Below are positions 1 to 9,445 of a DNA stretch of 64,000 nt, piece after piece. The notes beneath the pieces are model-generated. The model was not told where the DNA came from, searched no databases, and worked only from the letters and a program-made list of their open reading frames with translations. Within the stretch, counting starts at the first letter, position 1. Every line of letters begins with the position of its first letter. This DNA is from a virus. The DNA lies in the IMG/VR virus record IMGVR_UViG_3300005805_009577, positions 117,146 through 181,145 of that record. One strand, given 5' to 3'. Made by a program: the position numbers and the translations under genes.

Positions 1-1
1 A

Positions 2-481
2 ATTAAAGGCCGCTGGAGAGAAGTAGAGTCTTTTATTCTTCAAGGAAATCAAATTGGAAATTACCTTGGAATATTAAAAAATCCAACAGATATTAAAGAA
101 TTTCAAAATGCAATACAACTTCATGCTCTAAAAGGCGTCGAAGCCGCTATAAACTTTAATACTTGGAAGCCTAATTTTAGTTTTAAAATTCCAGGGAAAA
201 AAGCATTTGATGTAATGGTGGTGCGAAACCTTTATAAAGATCATATACAAAGAAGTGACAGGTCTCCAGATTATTTGGTTTTTCAACAAACAGAATGGTT
301 GGATTTAGCAAAAGCTTATCATAACAAGAATCATTGTAGAACTAAACTTGGCTGTCATAGTTTAATTGATTTAAATGCAGAAGAAATTAGCAAAAATGTA
401 ACTTGGAATAATAATAGAAGGTATTATTATACTCCAAAAGATAAGATTCCAAAGGTTGAATTAAAGGTTAGTTCAAAGTGA
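2..481 (+). CDS. hypothetical protein, 5'-truncated by window edge
   Basis: Frame of ORF 215..481 stays open back to base 2 (IKGRWREVESF...). Confidence 0.55.
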   Translation: MKGRWREVESFILQGNQIGNYLGILKNPTDIKEFQNAIQLHALKGVEAAINFNTWKPNFSFKIPGKKAFDVMVVRNLYKDHIQRSDRSPDYLVFQQTEWLDLAKAYHNKNHCRTKLGCHSLIDLNAEEISKNVTWNNNRRYYYTPKDKIPKVELKVSSK

Positions 482-795
482 CTTACGAAGAGTTAATAAA
501 TTGGTTTGATCTTTTTGAAAATGAAATAGTAACAAAAAGAAAGTTACTTAGAGGATATGTTTTTTCTGGAGCGAGAATTGAAGTTTTTTCAGATGGCGGA
601 GTAAGTATTGTTTTGACCCCTGGGGTTAGAGGGAAAACTAAAGAGGAAAGAAGTTGGGATGCTTATCGCCAACTAACTGACGAAAGTCCAGACCGAGAAC
701 TTTTTATTGATCTTGAAAGAATTGAATTAGAAAAAGTGGTTCGCGGAGAAAGGATTATTTCCGAAACAGATTGGACTTGGACAGACGAAGAATAA
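478..795 (+). CDS. hypothetical protein
   Basis: 105-aa ORF overlapping the previous stop (GTGA coupling). Confidence 0.6.
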   Translation: MTYEELINWFDLFENEIVTKRKLLRGYVFSGARIEVFSDGGVSIVLTPGVRGKTKEERSWDAYRQLTDESPDRELFIDLERIELEKVVRGERIISETDWTWTDEE

Positions 796-821
796 ATGAT
801 AGAATGTCATGGAAGACAAAA

Positions 822-1028
822 ATGAAAGAAAAAGTATTAGATTTTTTGAGAAATAAATTTAATCAACCAATAGATGAAAACTCATTTCTTGCTGAATTTA
901 GTGAAGACAGCATGAGTAGAGTGGAAATTCTTTTTGAACTAGAGCGGTTGATTGGCAAAAAATTAAACGAAGAAGATATTTTAAACATTGAAACAGTTCA
1001 AGATTTAATTAATGTGGTGAGCAAGTGA
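822..1028 (+). CDS. acyl carrier protein-like
   Basis: Small acidic protein with EDSMSRVEILFELE (DSL-type phosphopantetheine serine motif) and C-terminal IETVQDLI, typical of ACPs; ATG 822 chosen as start. Confidence 0.7.
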   Translation: MKEKVLDFLRNKFNQPIDENSFLAEFSEDSMSRVEILFELERLIGKKLNEEDILNIETVQDLINVVSK

Positions 1029-1191
1029 GCAAAAAATCTGAGAAAGAAATTTTTATTTTAGGAATGGTTTTAATAGCATTGGCTATAGGTTCTTATATTT
1101 TGCAAATACAAATGGAATTAAGAAAAATTAGAGCCCAAAAAAATATTTCTTATTTCGAATATACCTTAACCAACTTAAAATAAATAAAAGC

Positions 1192-1542
1192 ATGCTTTTA
1201 GAAAATAAAAAGATAATATCTTTCAAAAAAGAAATTAGTGTTAAAGAGTTATGGGATAGCATAAAAAATGAAGTTTACGAAATAGAAATTGAAACATATA
1301 CAGTCGGAACTACTTATAATTTATATAAAATAAACAATTATAAAGTTAACAGAATAGCAAGTAACTTTTTTAAATTAGATTATTTAAGTTTTCATTATAA
1401 CTCTAATGGTGTAAATATTACCTGGGAATTTCCTTTAAACAGTATTGCAAAAAGATCCGATGATGGCTTTATTTTAATTAATAGGCTTGATGGCGATGAA
1501 TACTTTGTTAGTTTTTTTAAGAGAGAAAGAATTGTTGTTTAA
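1192..1542 (+). CDS. hypothetical protein
   Basis: 116-aa ORF with AT-rich codon usage like its neighbours. Confidence 0.55.
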   Translation: MLLENKKIISFKKEISVKELWDSIKNEVYEIEIETYTVGTTYNLYKINNYKVNRIASNFFKLDYLSFHYNSNGVNITWEFPLNSIAKRSDDGFILINRLDGDEYFVSFFKRERIVV

Positions 1543-1548
1543 CTTAAT

Positions 1549-1776
1549 ATGAATTCAGATCTAAAAACTTTTATAAATCCAATAAAAGTGTCCGGAGCCG
1601 AAATTAAAGTCGGTGATATTTTCATACTAAACGAACATTTCCAAGCAAAAGTAAAAAGCATAAAAAGCTTATACCCAAAAGATTCAGAAATTATAATAAA
1701 TTTTGAATTAGGTAGTGAAAATAATTTGCCTATAATAATTAACGGCAATGAATCTTATTCTATAAGGCCTTGTTAA
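1549..1776 (+). CDS. hypothetical protein
   Basis: 75-aa ORF in a tandem + strand run. Confidence 0.5.
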   Translation: MNSDLKTFINPIKVSGAEIKVGDIFILNEHFQAKVKSIKSLYPKDSEIIINFELGSENNLPIIINGNESYSIRPC

Positions 1777-1787
1777 GTTTGATGGTC

Positions 1788-1800
1788 TTTTCGGGGTACG
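1788..1800 (+). promoter_or_regulatory. TTTTCGGGGTACG motif, outlying copy
   Basis: Exact GGGGTACG at 1793-1800 with upstream T-run; followed by AAGGA RBS and ORF 1844. Confidence 0.75.
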
Positions 1801-1843
1801 GCCGGTAGTTGGTAGTCGAGAGAACAATACAAGGAACATTAAA

Positions 1844-2059
1844 ATGGCGTCGGTTATTGTTGGAGAAAATATTGACCGTTTTCGTCTCCTTACTATTGCT
1901 AGTGCTTTGCGACTTGAAAGCAAAGGGCTTAAGGGCAAGATTAAGGCAAGTGTAATTGCTCGACAAATTCTTAAGGCTAACGGAATTGTTCCTGCTAAAC
2001 TGCTGGTAGAACTTTGCGAGCAGTTTAAGAACTTTGTTGTTGAAAAGAACAAGGAATAA
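1844..2059 (+). CDS. small basic hypothetical protein of the GGGGTACG regulon
   Basis: 71-aa ORF, GC-richer codons than flanks, RBS and motif directly upstream. Confidence 0.7.
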   Translation: MASVIVGENIDRFRLLTIASALRLESKGLKGKIKASVIARQILKANGIVPAKLLVELCEQFKNFVVEKNKE

Positions 2060-2178
2060 AGAGTGAATAATAACATTGTTTTTTTACTTGATGAAATTTT
2101 TTACGTTCCCGGCTGGTTGCAGACCCTCTTGATCGAAAGTTTGATTGACGGTAAAATGATTGTGGTTGATTAAAAAAC

Positions 2179-2251
2179 GGCCCCATAGTATAACGGTTCA
2201 GTATATCGGGCTTTCATCCCGAAGATCGGAGTTCGATTCTCCGTGGGGTCA
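2179..2251 (+). tRNA. tRNA-Glu(TTC)
   Basis: Acceptor GGCCCCA/TGGGGTC, anticodon arm CGGG-CTTTCAT-CCCG, GTTCGATTC T-loop; no encoded CCA. Confidence 0.92.
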
Positions 2252-2289
2252 TTTTAAAAATTAAATTAAAAGGTTTAAACGAAAAGCCC

Positions 2290-2302
2290 TTTTCGGGGTA
2301 CG
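2290..2302 (+). promoter_or_regulatory. TTTTCGGGGTACG motif, outlying copy upstream of tRNA-Lys
   Basis: Exact GGGGTACG at 2295-2302. Confidence 0.7.
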
Positions 2303-2377
2303 GTCACTGGTTGACGATGGAAGGAAAGCCCGATATAATTAAAATTTTAAAGTAAAATAAAAACGACAAACAAAACT

Positions 2378-2450
2378 GGGTCATTAACTCAATTGGCAGA
2401 GTAGCTGGCTTTTAACCAGTAAGTTCTAGGTTCGAGTCCTAGATGACCCA
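2378..2450 (+). tRNA. tRNA-Lys(TTT)
   Basis: Acceptor GGGTCAT/ATGACCC, anticodon arm CTGG-CTTTTAA-CCAG, GGTTCGAGTCC T-arm. Confidence 0.93.
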
Positions 2451-2566
2451 CTAATTGAACCGCTGATTAAGTTCAGCGGAGTTTGTCGCGGGTATCAAAC
2501 TATATTCAATAACCGTAGAGTTTATGGGGAAATTTCTGTAAGACTGAAATGTCCCTTTCTGGATAT

Positions 2567-3025
2567 ATGCGTAAAATAGTTTTTCTTGATGTTGATGGAG
2601 TTCTTAACGACCTTCATGTTCTTAGCACTAGAAGCGAACTAGGGACAGAACATCTTCTTAATTTTAAAAGCCTAGTACTTGCAACTAAGTGTGAAATTGT
2701 TTTAAGTAGTAGTTGACGAATAATTGAAGATTGGAAGCGAACTCTTAAACTTGCTTTTAAGGAACATAATATTCCTGTTTGGATAAGTGAAACTCCTAGA
2801 TTAAACAGTACAGATTTCACAATAGTTCCAAGGCGAGATGAAATTTTACTTTGGATAAATGAAAATATAACTGAACCTTCCAAAGTTATTGTATTGGATG
2901 ATGAATGGGATGCTGATATAAATGGACACGGAATAAAGCATATAAAAGACAAATTTATACATACTAGCATGAACACTGGGTTGACACAAGATCACGTTAA
3001 TATTGCTATAAGTTTTTTGTCATAA
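2567..3025 (+). pseudogene. HAD-family (Swiss Army Knife RNA-repair-like) protein interrupted by in-frame TGA at 2714-2716
   Basis: Manual translation: MRKIVFLDVDGVLN...IVLSSS*RII...RRDEILLWI...VIVLDDE...GLT. The stop falls where this family has SS(S/T)WR. Absent from the ORF track. Confidence 0.75.
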
Positions 3026-3037
3026 GAAGAAAAAATT

Positions 3038-3199
3038 ATGAGCCATCCCGACCCACTTTTTGATTATGAAAATTGTGAAGAAAACGATATTGAAGAAAGT
3101 GGAATAGACGGCATAGAAGGTTGCTACGACAAAAACGGATTATTTCACGAATACATGAAAGAGGAAGGTTGGTACGGCCCTTTTGAGGAAAATAAATGA
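3038..3199 (+). CDS. small acidic hypothetical protein (53 aa)
   Basis: ATG 3038 to TGA overlapping next start; 16 D/E versus 3 K. Confidence 0.5.
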   Translation: MSHPDPLFDYENCEENDIEESGIDGIEGCYDKNGLFHEYMKEEGWYGPFEENK

Positions 3200-3399
3200 A
3201 TTACTCTAACGAACACACAACAGATTGGGCTATTGGCGATAAAGATATGGAAACCATCCTTTCTGCCCTTGAACATTATACAGAAAGCATGGTTAAGTTT
3301 CGTCATGTTCCCGGTATGCACGATTATATTACCTATGTTGAAGAATTGTGCCAAAGTATGGAAAATGCTTGGCATCCTAAACAAGAGGAAGAAAAATGA
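3196..3399 (+). CDS. hypothetical protein
   Basis: 67-aa ORF, ATGA-coupled on both sides. Confidence 0.6.
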   Translation: MNYSNEHTTDWAIGDKDMETILSALEHYTESMVKFRHVPGMHDYITYVEELCQSMENAWHPKQEEEK

Positions 3400-3578
3400 A
3401 TACGAATGAAATTATTATTGATAAGATTATGGAAATCATTAAAGAAAACGATGATTACACTGCTGCCGATGTAATCAAAAACATAATGCTTGAATTGGCA
3501 AGTGTTGGTGGAAATGTTGATCGAGAAGGCAGCGTCAATAGAACTATAGATATGGTTTGTGAAGAAACCTTTGGTTAA
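3396..3578 (+). CDS. hypothetical protein
   Basis: 60-aa ORF, ATGA-coupled. Confidence 0.55.
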   Translation: MNTNEIIIDKIMEIIKENDDYTAADVIKNIMLELASVGGNVDREGSVNRTIDMVCEETFG

Positions 3579-3965
3579 AAACATGGTTAAAATAAATTGG
3601 ATAGGATTTGCTGGGGTAGAGAATATAAGAGACTTGTTGAATTATGGAACTAGATTTAATAGTGGTGTGCCATATTCTTTTTTTCGAATTGGACCCATAA
3701 TTATTAAAAAATATTTATAGGAAAAAACAATGACACGCGGAGAAATGATTGAGTTTGTTAATGACCAAACAGAAAAAACCGATAGAGAAAATGCTATCAG
3801 GCTGCTTGCGTATTTTCTTGAACACGACGACCCAGTAAATCCCGAGCTTTATTTTCAGCAAATGGTTGGCGGAGAATAATGGGAAATTATCACTACGATA
3901 TATTACTTTTGCCGGTTATAGTCATGGCAATTATTGCATTGTTCACTAGCCTTAATGATTATTAA

Positions 3966-4190
3966 ATGAGAAATCCTAGTCAATTAATTAATATTCTAAA
4001 TAATAGCAGCGGATCTGAGGGCTTTGAAAAGTTTGTCGATCAACTGACATTTGAAGAAATGACACAAATAATGATGATTGCAGAGTTGATTATCGAATGT
4101 CCTGAGTTGAGCAGTAAAAAGAATATTGATTTTAAAGAATTCTTAAATTATATGCAAAATAAGCGGAAAGCATTTATAGAAAAAAATTAG
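3966..4190 (+). CDS. hypothetical protein
   Basis: 74-aa ORF. Confidence 0.5.
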   Translation: MRNPSQLINILNNSSGSEGFEKFVDQLTFEEMTQIMMIAELIIECPELSSKKNIDFKEFLNYMQNKRKAFIEKN

Positions 4191-4196
4191 ATAGCT

Positions 4197-4838
4197 TTGG
4201 TAATGATTAACAAAGGCATAAATCTATTCAAGAATAGAGTCAAAGACCCTCATGAACTGGATTTGCTTTCTTCTCAAGAGAACATAAGCCTAGTCAAACA
4301 AATACTTGAGGGAGATAAACCAATAAGTTTTTTGGAAAGCATCATTGACATAGATTATATAAGAAATAATGCTTTTGATGAAGACTTTATTGAAATGTTT
4401 GATGAAAACCGCACAGAAGAAATAGTGATTACTTTTTTCTCTTATGGCCATCCAAGTATTTATGGTTATTTTTTAAAAAGCAAAGATAACTTTAATAAGT
4501 ACTTTAATCATATAAGTCATGAAAGAGTTCGAGAAATTAAAAGAATCTTTAAATATTACAAAATAAATCCCAAAGAATTTGCTGTTAAAAATAATATAAT
4601 TTTTCATACTTTGTTTGAAATTTGTTGTAAATATTTTAAAGATCTTGATGAAATTAACGGAGCCAAATATGAAGAATTACATGAATTGTGTAATTATTTT
4701 AAAATAAGTGTTAAAGATAGTTTTAAGGATGAAAATAGACTCTACAGGTGCAAAATCTGTAGTGAAAGTTATAGAAATAAATTTCTTTTGGTTGAACATT
4801 TAGAAAAAAAACATAACTTAAAAATACTTAAAATTTAA
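4197..4838 (+). CDS. hypothetical protein with C-terminal C2H2 zinc finger
   Basis: YRCKICSESYRNKFLLVEHLEKKH matches Y-x-C-x2-C-x3-(F/Y)-x5-L-x2-H-x4-H. Confidence 0.7.
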   Translation: MVMINKGINLFKNRVKDPHELDLLSSQENISLVKQILEGDKPISFLESIIDIDYIRNNAFDEDFIEMFDENRTEEIVITFFSYGHPSIYGYFLKSKDNFNKYFNHISHERVREIKRIFKYYKINPKEFAVKNNIIFHTLFEICCKYFKDLDEINGAKYEELHELCNYFKISVKDSFKDENRLYRCKICSESYRNKFLLVEHLEKKHNLKILKI

Positions 4839-4900
4839 TCTAAAATAAGAAAAGATTTAAATATATGTTTATTTTAAATAAATTCAATCTAAATCTAGGT

Positions 4901-5060
4901 ACGCTATAGCGTTGCATCAGGAATGTATGCCATTGAGCGTACAAGCAACCTGCCGACGCAAGGCAAGGTGCTTTCAGTAACACTTGTTATTGAGATGTGC
5001 GTGAGAGGATTATCTCACGAACTATATTGCGTGGGTTATTATAACCCATTTCTGATGCGT
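4901..5060 (+). ncRNA. candidate multi-stem structured RNA
   Basis: GCATCAGGA(4914-22)/TTCTGATGC(5050-58) encloses perfect 7-bp hairpins at 5000-5019 and 5032-5048; GC-richer than flanks. Confidence 0.35.
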
Positions 5061-5067
5061 TCCCGTT

Positions 5068-5424
5068 TTGGTGAATGCAATGATCAACCAAAAAGATTTA
5101 TCTTTCCTAGAAGAATACTTTACTGATAAAGCTAATGAACGCCTTCCAGAAGGCAAATGGCCAATGTATATTTATAAAAATTCTATAATTGAATTCAAAG
5201 AAAATGATATACGAGTAGTAAACTTTTTAGAAGATCATGTAATAATAAAAATAAGTCCAAAAACTTATAACTGTTATCCCTCTTGTGCTGCATTTTGTGG
5301 TGGTGCATCAAAAGAAGTTATTGAAAAAACAAAAAGAACAATGAACCCAGAACCAACAATATTGGCTGTGCCTAAAAAATTATCTAATACTATATTGTCT
5401 CTTAAAAATTTTAATAATAAATAA
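5068..5424 (+). CDS. hypothetical protein
   Basis: 118-aa ORF; true start probably ATG 5077. Confidence 0.55.
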   Translation: MVNAMINQKDLSFLEEYFTDKANERLPEGKWPMYIYKNSIIEFKENDIRVVNFLEDHVIIKISPKTYNCYPSCAAFCGGASKEVIEKTKRTMNPEPTILAVPKKLSNTILSLKNFNNK

Positions 5425-5656
5425 AAATAAAAAACGCTGAAATTCATATTTATAAAAACCTTTAATTATTAGTATCCATGCTTCCACTTCCGAATAAAAT
5501 TACATTTTTTGAGCAAGAACTAACCAAAAAAACAAAAGAAGAGTTAGAAAAAATGATCAAAGAAATAGAAGAGTATAAGCCCATTAATTGGCTCAGTGCT
5601 ATCGCTAAAACGTCTCAATTAGAAATACTCAAAAAACTACATATAGAAAAATAAAA

Positions 5657-5932
5657 ATGAATAGTCAAAATATATTAGCGGCTGAGTTGGCAAATTATTT
5701 AATTAATAACTCTAAAGGAGAACGCTTGCTTGAAAGAACCGTAGCAATAATTGTTGCCTTAGAGTATGAGTCGGCTTGTATTTTCTTTAAAATAATAATG
5801 AGTGAAGGAAAAGAAGAAATAAAAACAAAAGCGTATCACAGTAAAATAATTGATAAGTGGATAAAAAAGAATAACAAAAAGATTACCGAGGATATTACTA
5901 ATGGCAACGGAGTATTTGCAAGAGCAATTTAA
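5657..5932 (+). CDS. hypothetical protein
   Basis: 91-aa ORF. Confidence 0.55.
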   Translation: MNSQNILAAELANYLINNSKGERLLERTVAIIVALEYESACIFFKIIMSEGKEEIKTKAYHSKIIDKWIKKNNKKITEDITNGNGVFARAI

Positions 5933-5940
5933 GAAATACA

Positions 5941-6171
5941 ATGGAAAAACCAGCTAAAAACACAAAAGGATATTTGCTATACAGTCCTTTTCGCAAAAAA
6001 GATCCATACTTTTTTAGAATTTATAATGAAGATGGTAGTTTTACTGACTATGATTTGAATATTGAAGAATTAGAAATAGAGATAATTTCAGAATTCGCTA
6101 GTTTTTATGAAGAAGGTGAAAACAAAAGAATAGATTGGAGTAGCGAAACTTTAGGCAAAAAAAATATTTAA
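5941..6171 (+). CDS. hypothetical protein
   Basis: 76-aa ORF. Confidence 0.55.
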   Translation: MEKPAKNTKGYLLYSPFRKKDPYFFRIYNEDGSFTDYDLNIEELEIEIISEFASFYEEGENKRIDWSSETLGKKNI

Positions 6172-6209
6172 AAATAGTATAAATAAAATAAACACCAGAG
6201 GATTAAATC

Positions 6210-7046
6210 TTGATAAAAACTATAGGGATAATAGGACAGGGATTCGTTGGAAATGCAGTAAAAGAAGGAATGAAAAGTTTTTTTAAAATAGAGACTTTTG
6301 ATATTATAAAAGAAAAGTCTACAGCAATTAGTGTCGATGAGCTTTTCAAAAAATCAGATGTTATATTTGTTTGCTTGCCTACTCCTATGAAAAAGTCTGG
6401 CGAGTGTGATATAAGTATAATAGAGCCAGTAGTATCAAATATAAACTCGCTAGGTTCTAAGACAGTAATTTTAAAATCTACAATTCCTCCAGGAACTTGT
6501 GATTATCTTCAAAATAAGTGTGAAAATTTAAAAATAATATTTAACCCAGAGTTTTTAACAGAAGCGGCAGCAGTACAAGATTTTATTAATCAAAATAGAA
6601 TAGTCTTAGGCGGAAAAGACGACAATGCTCTAAATGATGTTGAAGAAATGTTTAAAAAAGCTTTTCCAAAAGCAAATATCATAAAGACCACAACCAAAAT
6701 AGCAGAATCAGTAAAATATGTAACAAATTGCTTTTTATCATTAAAGGTTTCTTTTGCAAATCAGCTTTATGACTTGTGCAATACTTGCGGCATAAACTAT
6801 AATGAAGTAGTAGAAATATCAAAACTAGATAATCGTTTAGGAAATAGTCATTGGAAAGTTCCTGGGCCGGATGGAGATAGAGGGTATGGCGGACATTGCT
6901 TTCCTAAAGACATGCAAGCTTTTTTAAAGTTTGCAAAAAATAATAATATAGACATGTCTTTAATAGAAGAAGCCATAAAATATAATGACACTATTAGAAA
7001 AGACAGAGACTGGGAAAAAATGAAGGGCAGAGCAGTCTCGGAGTAA
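6210..7046 (+). CDS. ugd: UDP-glucose/GDP-mannose dehydrogenase family protein, short form without the C-terminal domain
   Basis: IGIIGQGFVG Rossmann motif, VCLPTP, KSTIPPGT, FNPEFL, catalytic GYGGHCFPKD; only 278 aa. Confidence 0.88.
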   Translation: MIKTIGIIGQGFVGNAVKEGMKSFFKIETFDIIKEKSTAISVDELFKKSDVIFVCLPTPMKKSGECDISIIEPVVSNINSLGSKTVILKSTIPPGTCDYLQNKCENLKIIFNPEFLTEAAAVQDFINQNRIVLGGKDDNALNDVEEMFKKAFPKANIIKTTTKIAESVKYVTNCFLSLKVSFANQLYDLCNTCGINYNEVVEISKLDNRLGNSHWKVPGPDGDRGYGGHCFPKDMQAFLKFAKNNNIDMSLIEEAIKYNDTIRKDRDWEKMKGRAVSE

Positions 7047-7053
7047 AGCATTT

Positions 7054-7248
7054 ATGAAAGTCAATATTAAAGAAGAACTAGAAAAATTAGATAGGAATGA
7101 TTTTAATAAAGTTTGCAACTTAGTTGACAAAATAATAAAAGACATTAAAGAAGTTACTAGAGATGCAGATATGGGCAATGAAATTATTTTTGATATGGTC
7201 ATAGACTATATGATCGAATTAATAAATCCAGAATTATTAAAATTTTAG
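7054..7248 (+). CDS. hypothetical protein
   Basis: 64-aa ORF. Confidence 0.5.
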   Translation: MKVNIKEELEKLDRNDFNKVCNLVDKIIKDIKEVTRDADMGNEIIFDMVIDYMIELINPELLKF

Positions 7249-7268
7249 TAAAATTGATAAATAAATTT

Positions 7269-8876
7269 ATGCCACTTAACTTTTACGAATTATATAACTT
7301 ACTAAACGAAAATGTAGAAGAAAGCTTTGATAAGTGGCTAGAACTTGTATTTCAATACACCAAAAAAAATACAGATGCCGAAAAAGTTTTAATGAAAATA
7401 TCAGGAGTTCCTGTAAGAGCAGATCTTATAGGAAAAAATGCCAAAGATTGGCAGGATTCAGAAAAAGCACAACTAAAATACATTATAGATGGACCACAAG
7501 AAGTATACATTAAACAAGTATTAAAAGAAAAAAACATTGAAAACTTTAATTGGTTTAGCTTTTGTATAGGTTATTTCAGCACAAAACCAAGCTTCTTTAA
7601 AGAAGATTTAGAATTAGCAATAGAAGTAACAAAAAATAGAATAGCCAGCAGAGAACTTCCTAAAACTGAAATAGGGGGTAAAGGCTGGCTGCTGATTGGT
7701 TATGAATCTTTGGATCATGTTAAAAAGTATTTAAGACAACAGCAAGAACTTAGTAATAGACAAAAACTAAAACTAAGAAAAAAGGGAGAAACACTAGAAG
7801 AAGACGAAAGTTTAATAAAATTATTAGATCAGAAAAATAACTTTAAACTTTATTTTTTACCCAGTATAGCAACTGATAAAGATAATAAATATCATGATAG
7901 TTGGAGTGCTGCTGAATACGTAAACAAAAGAGAAAGTAGAAAAAGATTACTGTGTAAATACGGAAAAGATACAGATTGGTGTACTGCTAATCCTACAGGC
8001 GGATATCATGAGTATTACGTTGATCAAGATATTTATATTTTACATGAAAATGATAAGCCAAAATATCAATTTACCGGGTGTCATAGAGGAATAAGACCTC
8101 AATTTATGAATGTTAAAGACGAAACAGTAGAAGCAATTTCTCAAAAAGAAATGGAATTTTTATATTATCATCTTGGAAAATGTTATGAAGACATGGAAGT
8201 AAAATTAGAAGATCCAGAACAATATTTAAATTCAGAATTTAAAGAAAGAATAAGCTTAGAAGATATATTGGATTTGTGTCAAAATAAAGAAGCTTCTCCC
8301 GAAGTTTTAAAAGACATATATTCTCGTCATTCAAGAAAAGATTATAGAGGATCGGGATCGTGGAGCGGATTTGGGGGTATACTAGATTTATTATGTAAAA
8401 ATCCTAACACACCAGAAGAAATATTAGTAGATATATATAAAAAAGATATTCCTCTGCCAGGGGGAACTAAAAAATCACTTGCAGAAAATCCTAGTACGCC
8501 AAAAGAAATATTAAAAGAAATATCTGAATTTATTCTAGATCCTGGGTCTGGCAAGAGCAAAAGATTATATACAGATATAGCAAATCCTTTGGCTAAAAAC
8601 AAAAATTCAGACATTGAAGTTCTAAAAAATCTTCTTACATTCTTAAAAAGAGTAGACAATAGAGATTATAAGGCTCGTTTTGGAGTAGATATATTAAAAA
8701 ACCCAAACTCAAAAAAAGATCCGGAACTTGTAGAAGAAATAGTAAAAATAGTAAGAGGAATAATACTTGATCAAGAAACCTATGATTTTACTTTAACCTA
8801 TTTAAGACAACAAGAAGATTTGCCAAGTGATTTATCCTCAGCCTTGTTGTTTGCAAGAAAAACTTCTTGGCGTTAA
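7269..8876 (+). CDS. large phage protein with WCT-type domain and LRV-like helical repeats
   Basis: CKYGKDTDWCTAN block, then L(C/A)KNPNTPEEIL, LAENPSTPKEIL, LAKNKNSDIEVL repeats; ATG 7269 preferred over TTG 7254. Confidence 0.7.
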   Translation: MPLNFYELYNLLNENVEESFDKWLELVFQYTKKNTDAEKVLMKISGVPVRADLIGKNAKDWQDSEKAQLKYIIDGPQEVYIKQVLKEKNIENFNWFSFCIGYFSTKPSFFKEDLELAIEVTKNRIASRELPKTEIGGKGWLLIGYESLDHVKKYLRQQQELSNRQKLKLRKKGETLEEDESLIKLLDQKNNFKLYFLPSIATDKDNKYHDSWSAAEYVNKRESRKRLLCKYGKDTDWCTANPTGGYHEYYVDQDIYILHENDKPKYQFTGCHRGIRPQFMNVKDETVEAISQKEMEFLYYHLGKCYEDMEVKLEDPEQYLNSEFKERISLEDILDLCQNKEASPEVLKDIYSRHSRKDYRGSGSWSGFGGILDLLCKNPNTPEEILVDIYKKDIPLPGGTKKSLAENPSTPKEILKEISEFILDPGSGKSKRLYTDIANPLAKNKNSDIEVLKNLLTFLKRVDNRDYKARFGVDILKNPNSKKDPELVEEIVKIVRGIILDQETYDFTLTYLRQQEDLPSDLSSALLFARKTSWR

Positions 8877-9022
8877 TTATTTCATAGCACTCTAATGCGT
8901 TTATTGAAACATTTTAAAAAGCTAAATTAAAAATTATTCACGGTACGCTCAAGATTTGTAGGGTAGCGGTGTAAATTTAAGAATTAAGTTATAATCTCAG
9001 CAAATAAAATCAGAACAGTTTT

Positions 9023-9445
9023 GTGGAACAAATTATGATCATTAAGTATTTTAAAATTGATGTAAGTTTGAAAGAAATTAATTCTTATTTAAAAAAAGAA
9101 TTAAAGTTATATTGCTTTAGAGATTTTCTAGAATTAATGATAAACGAATTAACAGAATTATATGAACTTTATAACTATAGTGAAGGCTTTGGAGAAAATT
9201 GGGTTTTTTCAGTAGCAGAAGGTGCAGATGTAATAAAAATAGAAATTCCCGATAATAGTTTTACCAAATTTAAAAGCCACGATGCAGCAGTAAGAAAGTT
9301 TTTAGACTTATTGAAAGAAGAAGGAATTTACGAAGGATCATTAGACGGCACAAATAGCACAGATAAGATGGGTTATGATTGGAACTATAAAATATTAGAC
9401 GGAATAGAGTCTTTGTATTTAATAAGAAAAGAAAATAGATCATGA
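9023..9445 (+). CDS. hypothetical protein
   Basis: 140-aa ORF coupled to the next gene. Confidence 0.55.
   Translation: MEQIMIIKYFKIDVSLKEINSYLKKELKLYCFRDFLELMINELTELYELYNYSEGFGENWVFSVAEGADVIKIEIPDNSFTKFKSHDAAVRKFLDLLKEEGIYEGSLDGTNSTDKMGYDWNYKILDGIESLYLIRKENRS

Noticed and set aside
2714-2716. Genome-wide TGA=Trp recoding
   Set aside because: HTH paralogs end in TGA or TAA at the same position, many ATGA start/stop overlaps exist, and long genes are intact under code 11.
8940-8947. ACGGTACG here and GGGGTACA at 25688 as motif copies
   Set aside because: No upstream T-run and no adjacent RBS/ORF; not counted among the 26.
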